From positions 1,472,001 to 1,536,000 of the forward strand of contig CBDBHB010000009.1 of NCBI GenBank assembly GCA_965205505.1: a stretch of 64,000 bases of DNA. The letters are read 5' to 3'. Below are positions 56,727 through 64,000 of this stretch, in pieces. This stretch comes from Acidobacteriota bacterium (GTDB lineage Bacteria; Acidobacteriota; UBA890; WLXD01). Numbering within the stretch: position 1 is the stretch's first letter; the number at the start of each line of letters is the position of its first letter. The position numbers and the translations under genes were made by a program. A model generated the notes under the pieces. The model was not told the DNA's origin and searched no databases. It saw only the letters and a list, made by a program, of their open reading frames with translations.

Positions 56727-58237
56727 TTCGGTTGCTCCTGCACGTCGTGGCCGGCGAGCGCCCCTTCAAGGTGACGGCACCATCGATCATAGGCGGCGGC
56801 GTATTCCGAGCGCAGTAGATCGTCGGGCTCCACGAGGGCGCTCGCGATGAGGCCGGTGAATGCATCCGCGGTGGTCTCGTAGACCCCGGCACCGAGGCCG
56901 GCGCCGCGCGCCGCTCCCTGCGCTCCATCGGTCTCGTATAGCTCGATCGTTGCGCCGGTTGTGGTTGCCAGCGCCTGCCGGAAGATCGGGCTGGCGAACA
57001 TGTTGCCCGATCCGGCACGGATTACTCGCGGCTCGATTCCGGTGCCGCGCAGGACGTCCAGCCCGTAGCGGAAGGCGAAGGCGATGCCCTCCTGTGCGGC
57101 GCGCAAAAGGTGGGACTTCTGGTGCCGATTGAACCTCAGTCCGTGGATCTGACACCCGAGGTCCCGATTCTCGAGTAGTCGTTCCGCACCGTTTCCGAAG
57201 GGGAGAACGGCCACCCCGTCGCTGCCAACAGGCACCTGCCCGGCAGCGGTGTTCATGGCGTGGTAGTCAGTTCCCGAGGAGCACACTTGTCGCCGAAGCC
57301 AGGCGTTGAGAATGCCGGCGCCGTTGATGCACAGCAGCACACCGAGCCGCGGTGCGCTGCTTTCGTGGTTCAGGTGGGCGAATGTGTTCACCCGCCAGCG
57401 CGCGTCCGGCTGAGCAACGTCGCTGACGCCGTAAACTACCCCCGACGTGCCAGCGGTGGCGGCGATCTCACCCGGCTCGAATACGTCGAGCGACAGCGCG
57501 TTGTTGGGCTGGTCGCCGGCGCGATAGCTGACCGGGACTCCAGCCTCCAGCCCGAGCTCGGAGGCGGCAGCTCTTGTCAGGCTGCCTTGGGCACCAAACG
57601 TGGGGACTACATCCGGCAGCAGCGAATCGTCGAGCTCGAAATGGCGGAGCAGGGGCGACGAGATCTGGTCGTTGACGAAATCCCACAGGATGCCTTCCGA
57701 CAGGCCCGACACGGTGGTGGAAATGGCACCGGTCATGCGCATCGCGATCCAGTCGCCCGGTAGCATCATCTTGTAGACGCGGGCGAATATATCTGGCTCG
57801 TACGCCTTCACCCAGGCGAGCTTGGAGGCGGTGAAGTTGCCTGGCGAGTTCAGCAGATAACGCTGGCAATAGTCGAATCCGAGCGACTCGAGGGCGTCCT
57901 CGCCAAGCGTTACGGCGCGGCTGTCGCACCAAATGATTGCCGGCCGCAGGACCGCGCCTTGCTCGTCGACCAGGACGAGCCCATGCATCTGGTAGGCGAT
58001 GCCGATGGCACCGACATGGTCGGCCCGTACGGCCGCCCCTTCGAGCACCGCAGCCGTGGCGCGCACCAGGTGGCGCCACCAAAGCTCCGGATGCTGTTCC
58101 GCGTACCCGGGCCGCGTCGCGTCGATCGCCATCTCGTCGGCTGGCGATGATGCCGATGCGACACAGGCGCCGGTGTCGGCTTCAAGGAGGGCCGCTTTGA
58201 CCGACGAGCTTCCGACGTCGTATCCGAGGAGGTACAT
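56717..58237 (-). CDS. xylB: Xylulokinase (FGGY family)
   Basis: [35 protein letters not shown]; adjacent to xylA. Confidence 0.9.
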   Translation of the reverse strand: MYLLGYDVGSSSVKAALLEADTGACVASASSPADEMAIDATRPGYAEQHPELWWRHLVRATAAVLEGAAVRADHVGAIGIAYQMHGLVLVDEQGAVLRPAIIWCDSRAVTLGEDALESLGFDYCQRYLLNSPGNFTASKLAWVKAYEPDIFARVYKMMLPGDWIAMRMTGAISTTVSGLSEGILWDFVNDQISSPLLRHFELDDSLLPDVVPTFGAQGSLTRAAASELGLEAGVPVSYRAGDQPNNALSLDVFEPGEIAATAGTSGVVYGVSDVAQPDARWRVNTFAHLNHESSAPRLGVLLCINGAGILNAWLRRQVCSSGTDYHAMNTAAGQVPVGSDGVAVLPFGNGAERLLENRDLGCQIHGLRFNRHQKSHLLRAAQEGIAFAFRYGLDVLRGTGIEPRVIRAGSGNMFASPIFRQALATTTGATIELYETDGAQGAARGAGLGAGVYETTADAFTGLIASALVEPDDLLRSEYAAAYDRWCRHLEGALAGHDVQEQPKCP

Positions 58238-58244
58238 CGGTCGG

Positions 58245-59450
58245 CTACGAGACCGCGCCGTAGTCCACGTCGATCTGTCGGCGTGAGGCGGCTGATGACA
58301 GCACGGCGTCACACACCACGGCGGCGCGATAACCGTCCACGAAGGTCGCCCCGTGGGGCGTGACATCGCGATCGTTGGCGATGCAGTCGAGCAGGTGAGC
58401 GAACTCGTGTACGAACGTGTGCTCCCAACCGATGATGTGTCCGTGAGGCCACCAGTGTTCCCAGAACGGGTGGTGTGCTTCGGTTACCAGTACATCGTGG
58501 AAGCCCTGCGTCTCGCGAGGCTCGTCGTCGACCCAGAACACCTGGAGCTCGTTGAGGCGTTCGAGGTTGAAGCAGATGCTGCCAAGCTCGCCGTTGATCT
58601 CTACGACCTGGTGATTCTTGCGGCCGGCCGCAAAGCGCGACGATTCGAGCGTTCCCAGAGCTCCGTTGGCGAATTCCACGGTGGCAACGAAGGCATCGTC
58701 GACGTCGACCTTGGCGTTGCCGGAGCCATCCGGCAAGGGCCTTTCGTCGATGAACGTGCGCGTCGCGGCGCCGACGCTGGCAATGTCGCCCACCAGGTAG
58801 TGCGCCAAGTCGATGATGTGCGCGCCCAGGTCGCCCAGTGCTCCGCTACCGGCGTGCTCCTTGTCGAGTCGCCAGATTCTCGGCGTGCCGTAGTGCGGCA
58901 GGATCCACTCCTGAAGGTAGACCGCACGATAGTGGTAGATACGGCCCAGCGCGCCGCTCTCGATCAGCTGGCGAGCCTGGCGTATGGCGGGCACGAAACG
59001 GTAGTTGAACGCCACCATGTGTTTGACGCCCGCGTCGCGTACCGCCGCCAGCATTGTCGCAGCCTCTTCCACGTTGCGGGCCAGGGGTTTTTCGCAGATC
59101 ACGTGCTTGCCGGCAGCGGCGGCGGCGATGCAGGGCTCGGCATGGACGTCGTTGGGTCCACCGTTGTCGAACAATTGCACGCGCTCGTCGTCGATGAGGT
59201 CGCGCCAGTCCGTGTAGTGCCTCGCGTAGCCGTAACGTCGCGCTGCTTCGGCGACGGCGCCCGCGTCGCGGCCGCAGATCGCTACCAACTCGGGTATCGC
59301 CGGTGGCGGGTAGATCATGTAGGGGAGCGTCTTGAGCGCGTTCGAGTGCGCCTTTCCCATGAAGGAGTAGCCGAGCACACCGACACCTATGCTGGGTACG
59401 TCGAGATCGGTCGTTGCCGCCGCCATGTCGGTGAAGGACTGCTCACCCAT
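58245..59450 (-). CDS. Gfo/Idh/MocA NAD-dependent sugar dehydrogenase (levoglucosan dehydrogenase-related)
   Basis: GYSFMGKAHS, CEKP, FNYR, YLQEW, GALGDLGAH, WWPHGHIIGWEHTF. Confidence 0.88.
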   Translation of the reverse strand: MGEQSFTDMAAATTDLDVPSIGVGVLGYSFMGKAHSNALKTLPYMIYPPPAIPELVAICGRDAGAVAEAARRYGYARHYTDWRDLIDDERVQLFDNGGPNDVHAEPCIAAAAAGKHVICEKPLARNVEEAATMLAAVRDAGVKHMVAFNYRFVPAIRQARQLIESGALGRIYHYRAVYLQEWILPHYGTPRIWRLDKEHAGSGALGDLGAHIIDLAHYLVGDIASVGAATRTFIDERPLPDGSGNAKVDVDDAFVATVEFANGALGTLESSRFAAGRKNHQVVEINGELGSICFNLERLNELQVFWVDDEPRETQGFHDVLVTEAHHPFWEHWWPHGHIIGWEHTFVHEFAHLLDCIANDRDVTPHGATFVDGYRAAVVCDAVLSSAASRRQIDVDYGAVS

Positions 59451-59480
59451 CCTTGTGCTCCCTACCTAGGGTAAACCGCA

Positions 59481-60479
59481 TCAGTCGTCGGCGAACGCCG
59501 CGTCGAACGCCACATCCGAGGGTGCGAAGTCCTGGTCGCGAACCATCTGTAGCGCCTCTTGCGCACCCCATTCCCGATCCATGCCGCTGTCTTCCCACTC
59601 GATCGACAAGGGACCGTTGTAGCCGATGCGGTTGAGCGCTCGTACGATTGGATCCCACTCTACGTCGCCACGCCCAGGAGACACGAAATCCCAACCCCGC
59701 CGAGGGTCACCGAAGTCCAAGTGTGACGACAGGATGCTGTTGCGTCCGTCCAACTGCAGCCGAGCGTCCTTCACATGGACGTGGAAGATACGGTCGGGAA
59801 ACTCCTCGATGAAGGTCACCGGCTCGATGAACTGGTGAACCAGATGGCTAGGATCGAAGTTGAACCCGAAGCTGGGGTGGTTGTCGATCGCGTCCAGCGC
59901 GCGCCGCGCCGTGATGGTGTCGTAGGCGATCTCGGTCGGGTGCACCTCGAGCGCGTAGCGCACCCCTTGTTCGGCGAATACACCGAGGACGGGCTGCCAA
60001 CGCTCGGCGAAATCGCTGTATCCAGCGTCGATATCGCCCTGGGTCGTGGGTGGGAAGAAGTAGAGCTTGGACCACACGCTACTGCCGGTGAATCCGTTGA
60101 CCACGTCGACACCGAACCGTCGCGCCGCCCGTGCTGTGTCGGCGATCTCCGCGGCGGCACGTTGCCGGACCCCCTCGGGCTCACCGTCTCCCCAGATACG
60201 GGGCGGCAAGATCCCACGGTGCCGTTCGTCGATCGGATCACACACGCACTGGCCTACCAAGTGGGTGCTGATGGCCGAGCACGACAGTCCGTGGCGCTCG
60301 AGTAGCTCCCGCTTGGCGTCGACGTAGGCGTCGTCGCTGAGCGCCTGGTCAACCTCGAAATGATCACCCCAGCAAGCCAGCTCGAGCCCATCGAAGCCCC
60401 ATTCGGCAGCCTTCGCAGCCAATGTCACCAAAGGCAGGTCAGCCCACTGGCCGGTGAACAGGGTGATCGCTCGTGACAT
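59481..60479 (-). CDS. Xylose isomerase-like TIM-barrel protein (sugar phosphate isomerase/epimerase; possible 3-ketoglycoside eliminase/hydratase)
   Basis: [38 protein letters not shown]; RBS aaggag. Confidence 0.85.
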   Translation of the reverse strand: MSRAITLFTGQWADLPLVTLAAKAAEWGFDGLELACWGDHFEVDQALSDDAYVDAKRELLERHGLSCSAISTHLVGQCVCDPIDERHRGILPPRIWGDGEPEGVRQRAAAEIADTARAARRFGVDVVNGFTGSSVWSKLYFFPPTTQGDIDAGYSDFAERWQPVLGVFAEQGVRYALEVHPTEIAYDTITARRALDAIDNHPSFGFNFDPSHLVHQFIEPVTFIEEFPDRIFHVHVKDARLQLDGRNSILSSHLDFGDPRRGWDFVSPGRGDVEWDPIVRALNRIGYNGPLSIEWEDSGMDREWGAQEALQMVRDQDFAPSDVAFDAAFADD

Positions 60480-60509
60480 CGAGAATCTCCTTTGTGGTGC
60501 CTAGGACGC

Positions 60510-60788
60510 CTAGTGCCCTGTAACAGAGGTTCGTTGCATATTGCTGGGTCGAGATGGGGGCAAGCTCAAGGCGCGATGAGGATGGCGATGCGGTGTCCAT
60601 CGTCGACGAATCGCAACGCTGAGATTGCCCCCATATCGACCCAGCCCTCCGGGTGGCCGCGGGACTGGCCACCTCCGGCGTCGGCTCTCCTCTGCGATAC
60701 GCTCAGCATCGCCGTCGTCGTGCCTCCTTGGATTCAGCTCAGTCGCGCGCGCCACAATATGCAACGAACCTCTGTTACAGGACACTAG
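60510..60788. mobile_element. MITE type B, two-module form (279 bp)
   Basis: 34-bp TIR CTAGTG(C/T)CCTGTAACAGAGGTTCGTTGCATATTG related to 49823-50007; two internal hairpin arms. Confidence 0.9.
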
Positions 60789-60961
60789 CTCCGCGGCAAT
60801 TTACGCGGGCGGCCGTCGCGAAACAACGTGCACTTTCGCTGATCGCAGGTCGCGGCTATATTCTGCGCTCGGGCTTCCGAAAGGGAATTCGTTCGTAGCG
60901 CCTGGCGCGCTCGCCCGCGCCCGCCAGCGCTGCCCCACCGGAGTTGGCGAGCCGCACCCCG

Positions 60962-62149
60962 ATGCATGACGAGCAGGCCTACGAGCGTGAGCCGTACCTC
61001 ACCGAGCTCCTTGTCGAGGTGATCTCGGTAGGCGACGAGGAGGGTCGTGCGTTCGCAATTCTCGACGACACGATTCTGTATCCGGAGGGCGGCGGCCAGC
61101 CAGCGGATCATGGCTCAGTCGGCGACGTGCCGGTAGTCGATGTGCAACGGGTTGACCGCGACATCCGCCACTATGTCGATCGCCCGATAGAGCCGGGGTC
61201 GGCGCGACTGACCCTGGACTGGTCGCGCCGATTCGATCACATGCAGCAGCACACTGCACAACACCTGATCACTGCACTGGCCGACGCGCAGCACGGCTGG
61301 GAGACGACTTCGTTTCATCTTGGTGAGCAGCGCTGCGACATCGAGCTCAACACACCGTTGCCGGATACGGCCTCCCTGGCTCGTTTGGAAGACGTCGTGA
61401 TGGGAGTGGTGCGATCGAATCGCCGGGTCAACGCGCGCCGTGTGTCGCCGGCTGAGGTTGGCACGCTCGAGATACGTACCCGCGGGCTGCCATCGGGGCA
61501 TCAGGGCAGTGTGCGCTTGGTCGAGATCGACGGCATCGATGTGGGCGCTTGCGGTGGCACGCACCTGTCGTCGACCGCCGAGATCGAGGCCGTCAAGCTA
61601 CTGGGGGTTGAAGCGATGCGGGGAGGATGCCGGCTGCACTGGGTAGCCGGTGGTCGGGTCCGCGCTCGGCTAGGCGGGCACGAAGCTCGCGCCCGCCAGC
61701 TGCGCGCCCAGCTCGACGCCGCCGATGAAGATCTCGTCGACGTCGTCGCGGGTCGCCTGGAGCGACTCAAGACGGCGGAGAGGCGCGTGCGCCGTGTGGA
61801 GAGTGACCTGGCCCGACAGGTTGCGCATCGGCTCGGCGGCGCCGATACGCCGGTCGTGGAGGCTCACTTCGACGACGCGAATGCCGGGTTCCTGCAGCTC
61901 GTCGCGCGCCATCTTGCCGTCGCTGCCGGTGCTCGCATCGCTTTCCTCACCGCCTCCGATGCCGGCGAGCATTTCTTCTTGCTCGCCACCGATGCCGATA
62001 GCTCAGTGCAGCTGCGCGGGCCTGGAGCGCAGGTTGCCGAGCTGCTCGACGGCCGAGGTGGGGGCTCCGGAACGCTCTTTCAAGGCAAGGCCGGCAGCCT
62101 GAACCGCCGTTGCGAGGCGGTGGCGCTGCTCGAGAAGCTCCGCGACTGA
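60962..62149 (+). CDS. Alanyl-tRNA editing protein (AlaX-type with C-terminal DHHA1)
   Basis: LYPEGGGQPAD, HMQQHTAQH, ACGGTH, GRGGG..QG. Confidence 0.9.
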   Translation: MHDEQAYEREPYLTELLVEVISVGDEEGRAFAILDDTILYPEGGGQPADHGSVGDVPVVDVQRVDRDIRHYVDRPIEPGSARLTLDWSRRFDHMQQHTAQHLITALADAQHGWETTSFHLGEQRCDIELNTPLPDTASLARLEDVVMGVVRSNRRVNARRVSPAEVGTLEIRTRGLPSGHQGSVRLVEIDGIDVGACGGTHLSSTAEIEAVKLLGVEAMRGGCRLHWVAGGRVRARLGGHEARARQLRAQLDAADEDLVDVVAGRLERLKTAERRVRRVESDLARQVAHRLGGADTPVVEAHFDDANAGFLQLVARHLAVAAGARIAFLTASDAGEHFFLLATDADSSVQLRGPGAQVAELLDGRGGGSGTLFQGKAGSLNRRCEAVALLEKLRD

Positions 62150-62209
62150 ATACTGTCGCCCACGCGCTTATCGACGCTGCCGTTTCGGGATCGCTGGATG
62201 GTGGTGTCC

Positions 62210-63826
62210 TCAGCCAGCGCTCGTCTCCCGGACGACGCCGACGCCGGCGCGAGTCCATTCGCCGTCAACGTGACGCCAAACGCCGGCTGGGTTCGCGTCG
62301 CGGAGCAAGCTCGGCAGACGGTGCTGACGAACGTTGTCGTAGCACTCCAGCATCGCGAAACGACTCAGCGAGGTCGGAATCCCGACCGCAGTGAAACCCG
62401 GATGACCGGTAGCCGGGTAGGGGCCACCGTGGTTCATCGCCGCCGTGACCGCTACACCGGTAGGCATCTTGTCGTTCAGTAGCCGCCCGACGCGGCGGCG
62501 CAAGGGCTTGGCGATGCGCTCGTAGAGGGCGTCGTCGTCACCGCCGGTGTGCGAGTAGACGCTGCCGGTGAGGTTGCCCTCGAGGCGCTCGGCGATGCGC
62601 TCCATCTCCGCGGCGTCGGTCGCCACGACGATGAGATTGGAGTTGCCGAATGCCTCGGTTTGCAGGCCTTCTGGATCGGCCAGGAACGCCGCACCGCTAG
62701 TACGTAACAAGGTGTTCTGGAAGCGACAACCTTGCCCCTCGATAGCCTCGCCGCCGGTGAGTAGCTCGGCGCCGGCTCTTTGAAGGGTATCGACCGCCGC
62801 CACCAGCCCTTGCACGCCTCCAGCACCCAGGAGTGCACCCACGTCCGCGCCTGTGAAGCGGGCGCGAAGGTCGTCGAGAAAGGCCTCGGCATCGTCGCCT
62901 GCCTGGACAACAAGCACACCCGGGTTGGTGCAAAACTGGCCCGTACCCAGCAGCGCCGAGCCGACGAACTCCTCGGCAAGGGCCTCGCGGCGCTCGGCCA
63001 GCGCGCCCGGCAGCACGAACACCGGGTTGATGCTGGAGAGCTCGAGATAGATCGGCTTGCCGACGCGGTCGGCTGCTTCCTTCAAAACCAAGCCGGCGGC
63101 GCGTGAGCCCGTGTAGCCGGTAGCGGCCACCAACGGATGCGCCACGAGATAGGCGCCGTCAGCGTGCGATGTGCGGTAGATCATCTGAACCGTTGCCGGT
63201 GGTAGCTCGGTCTCCTGAAGGGCCGGAACCACGGCCTCGGTGAGCAACTGCGTGGTGCGCGGGTGGCTGGAGTGCGCTTTGGAGATCACCGGGTTGCCGG
63301 CCGCGATGGCAGCGGCGAAATCGCCGCCGCAGGCTCCGTTGAAGGCGAGCGGGAAGTTGTTCGGTCCGAACACCACCACGGGTCCGCCTAGAGCACCGAA
63401 CATCGATCGGATGTTGCTGGCGGTATCGATCGTCGGCTGTCGCCAGCTGCCACAGCGAGCAGCAGCCGCCGCCTGTCGCAGCTGATCGGTGGTTCGCGGT
63501 AGCTCCACGTCCGCCAAGCGGGGGGACACCGGTAGCGCCGTCTCGAGGCTGGCAGCTACGGTGATCTCGTCCTTGGCGGCGTCGATACGGTGAGCGTAGC
63601 CGTCGAGGAACGCGGCGATGCGCTCCGGCTCGGCATCGGCCAGGGTGCGTGCCGCCTCTGCGCCTGCATGTAGCGCCGCGTCGATGTCGGCCCGACTGCT
63701 TACCGGGTAGACGTGAGGCAGCGACTCGCCGGTATCCGGGTTGCCGGCCTGGAACGTTCCGGTGGCGTTGGCTGGTCGCCAGTCTCCGTCTATGAGTATC
63801 TTCTCCAAGTGCTGCTCCACTGCCAT
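62210..63826 (-). CDS. Aldehyde dehydrogenase (NADP+), alpha-ketoglutaric semialdehyde dehydrogenase-like
   Basis: VFGPNNFPLAF, GGDFAAA, YTGS, ELSSINP, GQFCTNPG, EAFG, PTGVAV..AMNHGGPYPAT. Confidence 0.88.
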   Translation of the reverse strand: MAVEQHLEKILIDGDWRPANATGTFQAGNPDTGESLPHVYPVSSRADIDAALHAGAEAARTLADAEPERIAAFLDGYAHRIDAAKDEITVAASLETALPVSPRLADVELPRTTDQLRQAAAAARCGSWRQPTIDTASNIRSMFGALGGPVVVFGPNNFPLAFNGACGGDFAAAIAAGNPVISKAHSSHPRTTQLLTEAVVPALQETELPPATVQMIYRTSHADGAYLVAHPLVAATGYTGSRAAGLVLKEAADRVGKPIYLELSSINPVFVLPGALAERREALAEEFVGSALLGTGQFCTNPGVLVVQAGDDAEAFLDDLRARFTGADVGALLGAGGVQGLVAAVDTLQRAGAELLTGGEAIEGQGCRFQNTLLRTSGAAFLADPEGLQTEAFGNSNLIVVATDAAEMERIAERLEGNLTGSVYSHTGGDDDALYERIAKPLRRRVGRLLNDKMPTGVAVTAAMNHGGPYPATGHPGFTAVGIPTSLSRFAMLECYDNVRQHRLPSLLRDANPAGVWRHVDGEWTRAGVGVVRETSAG

Positions 63827-64000
63827 GAGTTTCCATCGGATGGTGCCGGCGTCCCTGCTGCGAAAGGCGCCGGCAGTTTGGAAGGTGGCGAGCCACAGAA
63901 TCTACAACTCGTGGCTCGCCCGCGTAGCCGTCTCGCGTACCGCATGTCGGTGAGGTGCGGGTACGGCGGGTTCCCCGATTCGCTAGCTTGGGTGGCCTCG

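Noticed and set aside
58245-59450. Definite levoglucosan dehydrogenase
   Set aside because: It is related, but the C-terminal motif (WWPHGHIIGWEHTF) suggests a sister clade, and the substrate cannot be fixed from sequence.
1-64000. CRISPR array, rRNA, tRNA, prophage or autonomous transposase/integrase
   Set aside because: No regularly spaced repeats, cloverleaf or rRNA-like sequence, or DDE/HUH/tyrosine recombinase motifs were seen by eye. The enzyme mobilising the MITEs must be elsewhere.

Overview
High-GC bacterial chromosomal window, most consistent with an Acidobacteriota-like or similar environmental bacterium (inferred from the ADOP-type orphan permease, DUF1592/DUF1552/ankyrin cluster, and BNR and PQQ-propeller proteins). 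It holds about 50 intact CDS. These include a TVP38 + FAD disulfide oxidoreductase pair, a membrane PAS-GGDEF-EAL protein, hydroxyproline epimerase/dehydrogenase, an SBP56 + membrane protein + 1-Cys peroxiredoxin cluster, S9/M23/M28-like peptidases, type IV minor pilins, lysA, a selenocysteine formate dehydrogenase operon (in-frame UGA + SECIS), and a TIM-barrel/Gfo-Idh-MocA/xylB/xylA operon. There are also several deleted gene relics and three genes with 1-nt frameshifts. I found no rRNA, tRNA, CRISPR array or transposase. The most unusual signal is a set of CTAG-bounded miniature inverted-repeat elements with two unrelated terminal-repeat sequences. Both carry the same 52-53 nt internal hairpin module (7 copies, with covarying pairs and tandem G.A mismatches) at a fixed 57-58 nt from the terminal CTAG, plus a GNA-triloop mini-hairpin. 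This points to a modular element that may act as folded single-stranded DNA. One split copy appears to bracket a 2.2 kb three-gene segment. All assignments are by eye, with no database searches.
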